IMG/VR virus record: IMGVR_UViG_3300029245_000012
Direction: 5' to 3' (one strand)
Length of the DNA: 57,549 nt
Origin: a virus
Shown one piece after another: positions 33,917-43,530 of the stretch (its first letter is position 1; each line of letters opens with the position of its first letter). The notes under the pieces were generated by a model. That model was given only the letters and a program-made list of their open reading frames with translations, searched no databases and was not told where the DNA came from. The position numbers and the translations under genes were made by a program.

Positions 33917-34561
33917 TTACAGTTTTGTTACAAGTGTAGACATTTTTGATTTGAGCATCGACCGCTCTTCCGGGGTCATGCTGCCGATCACATCTGTAAT
34001 GTCCTCACTAACTCCTTTGAGGTACTTCTCAAGTTCCTGCATAGTTGTGTCTTTATCCTTATGCATTTCCTTAGCCTCGATGTATGATCTTCTCATCATG
34101 CCACTTTTGCCTTCTCTGCTGTCTCTTGTAGCAGTCGTTGGCTCTGTATAGTGCATTCTACCACTCATGCGGTCAAGGTCTCTCATTCTCTCCTGCATAG
34201 GTTTATCTTCCCATGTCCTATAGTCGTCTGGCATTTGATGATAGTAAGGGGGTTCTATATAACCGCGCCTTGTTCCTTTACCTTTTGGTGCAAATCTGCC
34301 ATTAGCATAGCGGTAGTTGTCATAGAATCTTCTATCTGGATAATCTTCGTACTGTTCAACCATACGCATAATATCCTCGTTATCTTCTGATTTTTCCATA
34401 GCTTCAACAATTCTGTAATCCTTGTCAAAGCAAGCTATATTCTTAGCTATCTCTGTAAAATCCTTTAAATCGTCAAGGTTCTGTCCCTCAAAGTTATCCA
34501 ATCCGATTGCTTCAACTTTCGCCTTGACACATTCCATAATCTGTTTAGCCCATTTATGCAT
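33917..34561 (-). CDS. hypothetical charged protein
   Basis: 214-aa ORF rich in D/E/R/K/Y/M. Confidence 0.6.
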   Translation of the reverse strand: MHKWAKQIMECVKAKVEAIGLDNFEGQNLDDLKDFTEIAKNIACFDKDYRIVEAMEKSEDNEDIMRMVEQYEDYPDRRFYDNYRYANGRFAPKGKGTRRGYIEPPYYHQMPDDYRTWEDKPMQERMRDLDRMSGRMHYTEPTTATRDSREGKSGMMRRSYIEAKEMHKDKDTTMQELEKYLKGVSEDITDVIGSMTPEERSMLKSKMSTLVTKL

Positions 34562-34565
34562 AATA

Positions 34566-34985
34566 TCAAGCCTCCCTTACTGCGATTAAGTTACTATTCT
34601 GTGCTTCAATAGCCTGTGCCGATGTATTCTGCACCGCTACTGTACTGCAGCAACCGCAAGGCACATCAATATAAGCCTGTGCCGACACATTAAAGAAATT
34701 CTCAACTGCTGCCGGAGTAACTATCATTCGTGTTGACTGTAAAGGTTCTCCATCAACTGCAATAGCAAGTGAAATAGCTTCAACTGTACCACCTGCTGGT
34801 ATCTGAATATTACCGCTATATGATACTAAAAATCTTGCCTTGCACTGATTTGTAATGCCTCTTAGTTTGATAATTCCGCTTCCCTGTCTGTGAACTATAC
34901 ATTTGCTACCACATACTGGTGTTTCTGTAAATGCAACATCTTCTCCGGCAGCAACTGTTTGTAATGCAATCCCTGTTATCTCCAT
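34566..34985 (-). CDS. beta-rich protein, BclA-C-terminal/TNF-like pattern (tentative)
   Basis: ATG at 34983-34985. Alternating beta pattern with a Cys-rich segment VPCGCCSTVAVQN. Confidence 0.5.
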   Translation of the reverse strand: MEITGIALQTVAAGEDVAFTETPVCGSKCIVHRQGSGIIKLRGITNQCKARFLVSYSGNIQIPAGGTVEAISLAIAVDGEPLQSTRMIVTPAAVENFFNVSAQAYIDVPCGCCSTVAVQNTSAQAIEAQNSNLIAVREA

Positions 34986-35146
34986 TATCTTTACCTCTCT
35001 TTCACAAAATAAGGGCAAACATATTTCAGTCTGCCCTTGGGTTAAAAAGTAATACTGCATAGCAGACATAATTATGTTCAATCGGTTAAAACCGAGTTCA
35101 ACTCAATTAAGATACTCAATTATTCGTTTTTGCGTAGCTGCTACTT

Positions 35147-35938
35147 TTAGCAGCCACAGCCTGCATTGCAACCACATCCATAAGCATAAGCATTAGGATT
35201 AGGCACAACATAAGCTGGAATAGCTGTAGGATTTACAGAGTTGACAATCTGCTGTGTTTGTGCTGTCATTGCAGTAGTCAGAAGTGCATTCTGTCTATCC
35301 TGTGATGCGGCGAGCCTTAAGCTATTGTTTTCTGCCTGCAATGTGGCTATCTTGTCCTGAGTCAGGAAATCAAGGATGCTTCTCGTGCTGTTCTCGATAG
35401 CCTGTCTTGTCTCACAAGCCTGTGTAGCCATGTTGTAGTTGGTGTCGCAGAAACCTCTCTCAATCTGTCTCTGAGTCTCACAGCAACAAGCGGCATTCTG
35501 AGCAGCCATGTTGTTAAGGGTTGCCTGAATAGCATTTGTGTTCTGCATACCAGCTACAGTGTCAGCGTTGATCGCCTGTTGTATGCCATAGCCTGTCTGC
35601 ATGATATTTGTGTTAATGCCGTTAAAACCAGTAAGCATGCTGTTGTTCATGGCATAAAAACCGTCGCAAAGTCCGTTAGAAATGCCGTCTAACTTGCTGA
35701 TAACTGCTGAATTATCAAATCCTCTCTGAATATCAGCCTGTGTAGCAGCTGTTGCAACATAGCCACCGCCATTGTTGCCGCCAAAACCGCCAAATCCACC
35801 ATTGCCCCATCCAAAGAGCAAGGCAAATACAACGATTATCCAAAGCCATCCGCCGTCAGCCCAACCACCATTGTTGTTGCCATTACCATCAATGTTAGCC
35901 ACTAAAGGTACGCTGGCACAATTTGAGTTTGAAAACAT
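35147..35938 (-). CDS. Gly-rich membrane-anchored protein with Cys-rich tail
   Basis: GGWLWIIVVFALLFGWGNGGFGGFGG, N/Q/A-rich repeats, CCCETQ, and a C-terminal GCGCNAGCGC. Confidence 0.6.
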   Translation of the reverse strand: MFSNSNCASVPLVANIDGNGNNNGGWADGGWLWIIVVFALLFGWGNGGFGGFGGNNGGGYVATAATQADIQRGFDNSAVISKLDGISNGLCDGFYAMNNSMLTGFNGINTNIMQTGYGIQQAINADTVAGMQNTNAIQATLNNMAAQNAACCCETQRQIERGFCDTNYNMATQACETRQAIENSTRSILDFLTQDKIATLQAENNSLRLAASQDRQNALLTTAMTAQTQQIVNSVNPTAIPAYVVPNPNAYAYGCGCNAGCGC

Positions 35939-36008
35939 ATTGTTACCTCCTGAAAATATATTCATAAAGATGTCACCTAGGTAATTTGCAAAGACATCTA
36001 ATATGCTA

Positions 36009-36239
36009 CTAATTACCAAATCTACTTTTTATTTGATTAAATACATCATCTGCATTTAATCCTTTTTCTTTGCACAAGTTTCTAGCCATTTGTTCTATGC
36101 CTTGCATATTGCCCTGCTGTGCCATCTGCATAGTGTTTTTCATCATAGGATTACTCATAATTTGATTATTTCCCATCATCTGCTGTATAAACTGTTGCGG
36201 ACCAGCTTTCATCATTTGAAAAATGTTAATTGGGTTCAT
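36009..36239 (-). CDS. Met/Gln/Asn-rich small protein
   Basis: 76-aa ORF. Confidence 0.55.
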   Translation of the reverse strand: MNPINIFQMMKAGPQQFIQQMMGNNQIMSNPMMKNTMQMAQQGNMQGIEQMARNLCKEKGLNADDVFNQIKSRFGN

Positions 36240-36754
36240 TCTTCGTCACCACCTTTGCTTTGTGATCGCGAATTTTTTCTTTGAGAACTTGTTAGTTTGC
36301 TTTCAATTTCTTCAATTTTTGAATATAGGTTATCCAGTCTTGCCGTAATACCCTCTGTAACGCTTTCTGATAGGTCTATTTTAAATTTTTCTGCATCAAA
36401 AGTATTATTTACTGCCTGTGTCGGTTTTGTGTCTCTAACAGGCTTATACACGATCGTTTCAATTTGTCCTTCTGCGTTCCATCCCTTAACATAAATCTCG
36501 GACAAATCTTGTTTAGGGAAAAAAGCAGCGGTGCCATCCATCGGAACATCGTTTGCCGTTATTGCCTCTAAAGTTTGAACAACCTTACCTGTAAGCGGCT
36601 TTACTTGTGGCTGCATTACTTGTTGGGGTTGCTCTACTGGCATAGGCTGAACCTGAGATTGTGGTCTAGTTGTCCATGGATTGTACATTTGGGGTGTATA
36701 AGCCATTTGTGGCTGACTATAAATCATATTTTGATAAGGTGTCTGTGCTATCAT
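36236..36754 (-). CDS. Q/P-rich N-terminus protein
   Basis: ATG at 36752-36754 after AAGGAGAAA. Confidence 0.55.
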   Translation of the reverse strand: MIAQTPYQNMIYSQPQMAYTPQMYNPWTTRPQSQVQPMPVEQPQQVMQPQVKPLTGKVVQTLEAITANDVPMDGTAAFFPKQDLSEIYVKGWNAEGQIETIVYKPVRDTKPTQAVNNTFDAEKFKIDLSESVTEGITARLDNLYSKIEEIESKLTSSQRKNSRSQSKGGDEE

Positions 36755-36875
36755 CTGATTTCTCCTTTTCAAGTTCTTCGTCAATTGCGTGTATCATTGT
36801 CGATTGATATATAAGTGGCACTTTTGCCACATCTTCCCTAGAAAAAATACGTTCCAGTATTTCGTCAGTAATCAT
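36717..36875 (-). CDS. small acidic protein (52 aa)
   Basis: ATG after an AGGAGGTGG RBS. Confidence 0.45.
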   Translation of the reverse strand: MITDEILERIFSREDVAKVPLIYQSTMIHAIDEELEKEKSDDSTDTLSKYDL

Positions 36876-36962
36876 AAGCCACCTCCTATAATTCTATTTT
36901 TGCATAAAAAAAGAGCGGTAACGAGTTCGTTATCCGCTCATAATCAGCTCACCAAAGTGTCA

Positions 36963-37169
36963 TTATTGTATCACCCGGTTTATCTTTCGGTCTACTTGAT
37001 GTGCTATCCGTTTTATTGTCGACACACTCATATTCATCAACTCGGCGCACATTTCATATGTGTATTGTTTGTTGCGCAACTCATACAGTTCTAATTCTCG
37101 CTCTGTGAAGTTGGCATTTAATCTTATGTACTCATATTCAGCCTTTATCAGCTTAGATATATCAATCAT
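36963..37169 (-). CDS. sigma-70 region-4 / LuxR-type HTH small protein
   Basis: FTERELELYELRNKQYTYEMCAELMNMSVSTIKRIAHQV. Confidence 0.55.
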   Translation of the reverse strand: MIDISKLIKAEYEYIRLNANFTERELELYELRNKQYTYEMCAELMNMSVSTIKRIAHQVDRKINRVIQ

Positions 37170-37320
37170 CAATATACCTCCTAAGTACACACTCAACATA
37201 TCACACAGTTTTAAAAATGGCAATAAAAAAAGACGCATTATGCGTCATGTGTCAAAAAGAATGTAGTGTATATGCGGTATAGCACCACCTTAACGCCATA
37301 GGAACTGCATTATGTAGGTG

Positions 37321-38682
37321 CTAAAAGTTCTTTAACTGAATTTCTATATCATCCTTGCCTACAATCACTTTATCAATTATAGTTTTGAGTATAGAGTTTT
37401 TTTGAGACTTGCTGATACCATCCCAGATGTCGGCAAGTTTTTTTATATTTTCATAGACAAATTCTTTTTTCTGCTCATGCTGGCCATTTTTTCTTTCAGC
37501 TGAGATTTTTTCAGTAGTCTCTCTGATCTCAGTCTCCAAAGTCTTAATCATATCCAAAACCATATCATTGCCCTCTGCATACAGGGTGTATAGCCGTTTT
37601 AGCTTTGCTTTTTGTTTTTCGAGCTGGTTAGTCAGTATTTGCAACTTTGTTTCTTTTGCCTTTGGTTTGTATTTTGACAGGTTTATTGAGATTTCGAGTA
37701 TTTCTTGTTCAAATGCTTTTTCAACATCGCTAGCCCACGCTCCGGGATTGTTACAATCAGGATTGTGGTTTGGTAAATAATCCAAGTAACTGTTGTGTGA
37801 GCAACAATATATCTTGTGTATTCCCATTCCGGTTATCTTCTGGTATCGCATTTTACAACCGCATTCCCTGCAATAGCAGAGTCCTGTCAATAAGTGCGGT
37901 TCTGTATAACAGTATATGTGTTGTTTACGCCTACTTTTTCTCAACTCCTGAGCAAGATAAAATTTTTCACGATCGAATATTGGCTCATGCAGTCCTTTAT
38001 ACACGCCTCCCTTGTATGGTATATAGCCAATATTTACAATCCCTGTCATAATACTTCTTACAACAAATTCGCTTTTATATCCAAGCAATCTTTGTATCTT
38101 AACATCCGACATGCCGTCTATAAACAAATCCATAGCTCTGTTAGCCTGTTCAGCACGTTCAGGAATCGGTACAAGATAACCAAGGTTCTTGTCGTATCGG
38201 TAACAGTATGGCGTATTGCCACCACCCATCCAGTAACCATTTTTAACTCTCTCTAGCATACCGCCACGCATTCTGAGCAACATTGTGTTTCTATCGTATT
38301 CAGCAACTGCCGCCATAATATGTGTTTGGAACTTGTCTTGCGGTGTTTCGTATCTTGCAAAATCGTGTACGCTATTAACTCTGACACCTTTCGGTGTAAA
38401 GAGTTTCTCAATCATGTATAATGCATCTACTGAATCCCTTGCTAGCCTGTCCAGCTTATATACTACTATGTTGTTTATTTTTGATATGTCCGATATAAGC
38501 CGTTGCAGTTCAACACGCTTGCTCATATCCATCCCAGATAGTCCAGCATCAATATACCAATCAGTGATTAGCATTTCATTTTTCTTGCAATATTCCTCAA
38601 TATCTCTTTTCTGACTTTCAAGGCCGTAGCCCTCTTCAACCTGTCTTTCTGTTGACACTCTTATATATGCCACACATTCCAT
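37321..38682 (-). CDS. int: large serine recombinase (integrase)
   Basis: N-terminal resolvase domain AYIRVSTERQ...YKLDRLARD plus a Cys-rich recombinase/zinc domain and coiled coil. Confidence 0.9.
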   Translation of the reverse strand: MECVAYIRVSTERQVEEGYGLESQKRDIEEYCKKNEMLITDWYIDAGLSGMDMSKRVELQRLISDISKINNIVVYKLDRLARDSVDALYMIEKLFTPKGVRVNSVHDFARYETPQDKFQTHIMAAVAEYDRNTMLLRMRGGMLERVKNGYWMGGGNTPYCYRYDKNLGYLVPIPERAEQANRAMDLFIDGMSDVKIQRLLGYKSEFVVRSIMTGIVNIGYIPYKGGVYKGLHEPIFDREKFYLAQELRKSRRKQHIYCYTEPHLLTGLCYCRECGCKMRYQKITGMGIHKIYCCSHNSYLDYLPNHNPDCNNPGAWASDVEKAFEQEILEISINLSKYKPKAKETKLQILTNQLEKQKAKLKRLYTLYAEGNDMVLDMIKTLETEIRETTEKISAERKNGQHEQKKEFVYENIKKLADIWDGISKSQKNSILKTIIDKVIVGKDDIEIQLKNF

Positions 38683-39040
38683 TTTTATTGTCCTCCTACG
38701 TAAAATGTGCCGCATATACACTACATTCTACGGCACATTCTACTTGTCATTTATTTACTTGTCAACCAATCATGCTAGCTATTGTTCTCACCACATCATC
38801 AGGCAGAACAATATCAGCAATATTCACTTTCTTACCGTTTTGTGTAACCACAACATTCATCTGCTTTTCCTCCGATACTCCGCCTTTGCCTTTAAACTTC
38901 TGTCTATCAGATACTTGTCAACCGCTCGGCTCTTCGACCTCTCGTTAAACACTTTGCTGTTCCATTCATCGTACACTTTTTTCCACGTTAGGTACCGCTC
39001 ACAGTTTGAATGACAACCAACATATCTATCGGGGCAGTCT

Positions 39041-39694
39041 TTACACGGATTGTCTTTCTTCGTTGTTATTAGCCGCTCGCCTCCTTTGGCTTATCTGATA
39101 CTGTCGCCTGTTATATGCACTCCTGTCTGCCTTTGCCGAGTTGATAAGATTGAGCTGGTAGTGGTGCTCACATAACTTATACCCATCCTTAACAGGATTA
39201 TTGCAAAATCGACATATACCCTTTTCGTATCTTTCTTGTGCATTCAACCTTTTCTCGGCTCTCTTTCTTCGGTGATAAGCATTAGTTTTTTCAGCGCAAT
39301 ACACGCATGTGTGTGCACCATCTTTAGCCGGTCGTTTTCCGCACCTAGTACAAAGGCCTTTTTCAACCCTTTCAGCATATTGGATTTTCGCCCATTCGGC
39401 GTGTTGCTTGTTATACAAGTCTCTATTTGTGTTTCTTTTCCTTGATGCATACTCTGTACTCTTTGCTCTGCATTCCGGGCAACACCTCTCGGTCCCCATT
39501 AGTTTGTTTGTCTTGCAAACAGGGCAAACGCCGCCATCAGCGTACCAACGCTTCTGTTGCTTACTATCTTCCGAATGTGCTCTACAGCACTCAATACAAT
39601 AAGCACCCACTCTATCTAGCGGTTTTCCACATTCAACACATAATCCAGCGGCTTTACGGCGGCGGTACTGTTCTGTTGATGCTCCCATAGTCAC
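39041..39694 (-). CDS. four-fold CxxC...CxxC zinc-ribbon repeat protein
   Basis: Four repeats of the type G(L/V/I)C..C(G/K/N)...C..C. Confidence 0.6.
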   Translation of the reverse strand: MTMGASTEQYRRRKAAGLCVECGKPLDRVGAYCIECCRAHSEDSKQQKRWYADGGVCPVCKTNKLMGTERCCPECRAKSTEYASRKRNTNRDLYNKQHAEWAKIQYAERVEKGLCTRCGKRPAKDGAHTCVYCAEKTNAYHRRKRAEKRLNAQERYEKGICRFCNNPVKDGYKLCEHHYQLNLINSAKADRSAYNRRQYQISQRRRAANNNEERQSV

Positions 39695-40278
39695 TACTCT
39701 CTATTCAGTTTATAGTTTTTATCTTGAGTAATCTCAGGCAGATTAGCCTGTTTATCTTGAAGTAATTTAGAATTGTTATTGACTTTATCAATCATCTGCC
39801 GTATCTCTGACGGCATTCTATCTATCTCTCTCTGTCGTGCTATCTCTGTTCGATAGCACCGCATGAAGTTGCTACTCACAACATTTTCGTTAAACTCTGT
39901 ATCTTGCGCCCACATTCTTAACTGTGACGGCGAACCCACGGCTCTCTGACATTCCGGCGGCAACTCATTAAATCTTGCTGTTGCATTGTAGCCACTATCA
40001 GATATGGCTTTACGAACTAGCGACCATGCTTCTATCTCGCTCATGGATTTTGGTGTTGTGATTGACTTGATCTTATCAATCACCTGTCCAATGCTCGGCG
40101 CAAATCCGCTTGTGTCGGTTGCTATGTATACTTTAATGGCCATCATTACTGACTGCTTGTCGTATTCCTCCAGCATCATCAGCCATGTATTGACCGCAAC
40201 TGTCTTATCTGGTGGCTTGTAGTTCGGATATGCCGCCTGTATAACCATTAGCAACTGTATTGTTTCATCCCTTGTCAC
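39694..40278 (-). CDS. replicative helicase loader/inhibitor (G39P-like)
   Basis: LLMVIQAAYPNYKPPDKTVAVNTWLMMLEEYD pattern. Confidence 0.6.
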   Translation of the reverse strand: MTRDETIQLLMVIQAAYPNYKPPDKTVAVNTWLMMLEEYDKQSVMMAIKVYIATDTSGFAPSIGQVIDKIKSITTPKSMSEIEAWSLVRKAISDSGYNATARFNELPPECQRAVGSPSQLRMWAQDTEFNENVVSSNFMRCYRTEIARQREIDRMPSEIRQMIDKVNNNSKLLQDKQANLPEITQDKNYKLNRE

Positions 40279-41088
40279 TTACGCATTCCTCCATTCGTCA
40301 AAAACGTTTGGTTTTGACTGTGGCTTGTATCTCTTCATCCAATCCCACATTATGCCCTGATAACCGCTTGATATGCTTTCGTTGATTACCTCGGCAACTG
40401 CCTGTTCACCATATTCATCAGCCTTACTCTTGATCGTCTTGATTAGAGTTCTCAGCCCACTATCCTTGTAAGTAAACCTACGCTCTTTCTTGTACGACAA
40501 CCATGTTTCTATACTGTCTTTTAAATAACTAGATATATTAAATTCATCTATTAAATTATTTAATATATTTTTATTATTTATACTGTTTGTATTTTTATTA
40601 ATATCTTTCTCTTTTGTATTAATATATATATTATTAATATCAGTATCAGATACAGATGCTTGTATGGGGCATACATGCCCCATAATAGGGGTATCACTTC
40701 TTATGCAGTTTACAACATCCAAAACATATTTTTTAAACACTTCCGACTTAATATGTTTTGCAACATTTTCAACCCCAGTAAGCGTTTTCTCGGACTTACT
40801 CCAGTTGTATTTATACCAATTCAGAATCAATATCTCCTTGGTATTCTTATCAAATTTAATAATCTTGTGAACGTTTTCAAAGCGCTCAAGCAACCTTATT
40901 ATGGTGTCTTTATTGTATCCGGTATTTCTAGTCATCTGAGAATAGCTAATCTCGTAACAACCGCAAATATTAGTTTGAGGGTTCGTCAACAAATAAATAT
41001 AAAAATACTTATCCTCTGGTGTAAAATCATCCTCAACCTTATTGTCCGTCCAAAATGATAAATGCACACTCCTATATACCGCCATCAA
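40279..41088 (-). CDS. replisome organizer (phage_rep_org_N-like)
   Basis: The N-terminal FWTDNKVEDDFTPEDKYFYIYLLTNPQTNICGCYEIS pattern. Contains an internal AT-rich tract. Confidence 0.7.
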   Translation of the reverse strand: MMAVYRSVHLSFWTDNKVEDDFTPEDKYFYIYLLTNPQTNICGCYEISYSQMTRNTGYNKDTIIRLLERFENVHKIIKFDKNTKEILILNWYKYNWSKSEKTLTGVENVAKHIKSEVFKKYVLDVVNCIRSDTPIMGHVCPIQASVSDTDINNIYINTKEKDINKNTNSINNKNILNNLIDEFNISSYLKDSIETWLSYKKERRFTYKDSGLRTLIKTIKSKADEYGEQAVAEVINESISSGYQGIMWDWMKRYKPQSKPNVFDEWRNA

Positions 41089-41108
41089 ACCTCACTCCTT
41101 ATATGATT

Positions 41109-41333
41109 TTAGTCTTCATCTTTTGTAATGTCTTTTTTAGAAAATTTCAGTACTCTGTTCAGGCACTCATTGTATCGGCTATCGGTGAGTATATCGTGTA
41201 TATATAGCATAATTATACAGTCAACTATCTTGTCCCATTTTTCCGAATTTTTAAGTGTATAGCCATTTTGCTTGCACTGAACACTATATTTGTCACTCAT
41301 TGCACCAAAGCAAAAATATTTAGCAGGACTCAT
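41109..41333 (-). CDS. hypothetical protein
   Basis: ATG at 41331-41333 after AAAGGAGG. Confidence 0.5.
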   Translation of the reverse strand: MSPAKYFCFGAMSDKYSVQCKQNGYTLKNSEKWDKIVDCIIMLYIHDILTDSRYNECLNRVLKFSKKDITKDED

Positions 41334-41497
41334 AACGCCTCCTTTATTATTTTTACCGCATTTTCCCAGGCATGAATGAAACTTAATGCCCAAAGAACAG
41401 TGCCATCCTTAGATTTTAAATCATTTGCCATAGCACAAGCTCTTTCCCATTCAGGATCAAGTTTTGCCTCTGCCGTTGCTCTAATTCTTTTTGCCAA
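41330..41497 (-). CDS. small protein (55 aa, TTG start)
   Basis: AAAGGAG RBS, TTG at 41495-41497, TGA overlapping the next ATG. Confidence 0.35.
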   Translation of the reverse strand: MAKRIRATAEAKLDPEWERACAMANDLKSKDGTVLWALSFIHAWENAVKIIKEAL

Positions 41498-41711
41498 AAT
41501 AGTCTCCTTTCACAATAGACAAACATTTTCTAAATAGCTTGTATGAACTAGAAATATCAACTACAAGAGGATTCACCAGTTCCATTTCTGCTGCTATCTG
41601 TTGCCTAGTTTTATACTCTATGTCTTTTGACGTTTGTGACTCACACTCCCATATGTCACATTGTCCACTGGTATGATGTAAGCACTTATCACACGGTCTA
41701 TCATTCTGCAT
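41481..41711 (-). CDS. small Cys-containing protein
   Basis: 76-aa ORF. Confidence 0.55.
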   Translation of the reverse strand: MQNDRPCDKCLHHTSGQCDIWECESQTSKDIEYKTRQQIAAEMELVNPLVVDISSSYKLFRKCLSIVKGDYFGKKN

Positions 41712-42247
41712 AATTATTCACCACACTTCTATTGTATATTTAGGTTCTTAAACATAGCGCACATAACATCAACTACTATGCTGTTTCCGAATTGTTTATA
41801 CAACTGCGTATTGCTGTTGACTGCTGCCATTTTGTCAATATCTTCATCAGGTACACCCATCAGCCGTCCGCACTCTCTTGGTGTCAACTTTCTGATACGA
41901 TATTGGGGTTTTTCAAGCAATAAATTGTCTTTCTGCACACTCGTTAAGCAATTACTTGTGCCTTGTATATTCACCTCTAATCTCTGTTCTGTTGGACTTC
42001 CTACAGTTCTATCTAACGGATTATCGGGATTCCTGCCACGCATAGCAACTATCTGACTTTCGCACACTTTAATCTGTTGCGTACCGCCACCCTCAACCGT
42101 TGTAATGTTGGGACAAAGTGCGTTTTCGTCATATACTGTGTTTGACTGATGCTTGCCTGTGCCGTTATCCATAAATCCTAATTGTTTTGTTTCAAGAATT
42201 TTCGGCTCTTGATTACCGCCTTGCATTGTGCTCAATGTTGGACTGCA

Positions 42248-42256
42248 CCCCCCCCC
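42248..42256. repeat. C9/G9 homopolymer at MTase frame break
   Basis: One extra G would read RIYDVGGGCSPTLSTMQGG in frame with the last segment. Confidence 0.9.
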
Positions 42257-42373
42257 ACGTCATAAATTCGATTCGTGCTTTCAAATTTGCTTTCAAGAGA
42301 ACCAATTACTTTAACTTCACTCATTAAAACAACTCCTAAATCGTGTTTTTCCGCTTTGACACATCGGGAAATA

Positions 42374-42380
42374 CCCCCCC
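42374..42380. repeat. C7/G7 homopolymer at MTase frame break
   Basis: One fewer G joins ...QKGIIEGG to ISRCVKAEKHDLGVV. Confidence 0.85.
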
Positions 42381-42657
42381 TCGATAATGCCTTTCTGAAA
42401 ATTGTCTGAAACTTCTGTGTAGATACTTCCTATTACTTCCATTCAATTACTCCATTTCCATTCTGTTTGTTGCCGTAACCCTTATAATCTCTAGCCATAA
42501 GAGTGCAAGCAACATCAGTTTTTCTGTCTATTCTTATATTGTTCAACAACACAGTTTCCATCCGACCGCAAGTTGCTAATTCCAGCGTCATATCTCGCCT
42601 TGATACAGTTTGCAACTTCTCTTCTTCCTGGTTCACAGATTGTTCCGTCAACGCAAG

Positions 42658-42713
42658 TCTGCTCTGCTCTGCTCTGCTCTGCTCTGCTCTGCTCTGCTCT
42701 GCTCTGCTCTGCT
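42658..42713. repeat. pentanucleotide SSR (TCTGC/GCAGA) about 11 copies
   Basis: 56 nt. It encodes SRAEQ repeats in every minus-strand frame. Confidence 0.95.
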
Positions 42714-43187
42714 AGGGATTGTATCTGGTAATGTTCCATTGTCAATAAGCGTCTGAATAAGTTTCTGTGCTTTTTCGTTGTTAATGTAATACTTTTCATC
42801 TACATTATCCTCTAAGTAGTCTTTCAGACGTTTAGTGAGCGGTATAGGTTCTGGAAAATGGTAATTATATTCGCCTAAAAACGAAAACATGAAACATCGT
42901 TCTCTGTTCTGTGCAACTCCATAATTCTTAGCATTTAGATCTTGCCAGTAGTTCACATATCCCAAACTTTCAAGAAAATCCAACCACTTTCTAAAATCGG
43001 GCATATTGTCTTGACTATGGACTTGTGGTACATTTTCCATAAACAGTATCTGTGGCAGTTCTCCGTTGCTGTCTCTGATTTCAGTTAATATTCTTTCCAC
43101 TTCCCACAGCAAACCACTTCTTGTACCGCTACCTTTACTCATTCCCTTTTGCTTTCCAGCAACCGACAAATCGGTACAAGGAAACGA

Positions 43188-43207
43188 GTAAGTAAGTAAG
43201 TAAGTAA
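43188..43207. repeat. tetranucleotide SSR (GTAA/TTAC) x5 just upstream of the PC catalytic motif
   Basis: Encodes FTYLLTYSFPC. Confidence 0.9.
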
Positions 43208-43530
43208 ATGTTTTAGTGTCCGTAATGGCTAAATCCACAGCATGAACCTGTGTTATATCCATTGTTGGGAAATCCGTTCCATGTACTGCGTTATAACTTG
43301 CTATGGCATACTTATCGAACTCCACAACTCTGTAATGTTCAAAGTCTGCACCTATACGCTTTAATGCCATAGCCTGACTGCCATATCCAGCAAATAACTC
43401 TATAAGTCTGATAGGCTTAGTAATGCTGATAGGCTCTCGCAAATAATCAAAAATATTCATTTGTGACATTTTTATCACCAAAAGGAAACCTCGGTTTCAT
43501 GTGCGCACAACCTATTCCTTTCTTTGATTT

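Larger units (their letters stand above)
41729..43481 (-). pseudogene. multispecific DNA (cytosine-5) methyltransferase, broken into at least 5 frame segments
   Basis: Motif I FAGYGS, IV SFPCTD, VI ENV and VIII QNRER lie in 42648..43481. TRD-like segments lie in alternating frames. Motif IX RKLTPRECGRLMG and X FGNSIVV lie in 41729..42235. Confidence 0.8.
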
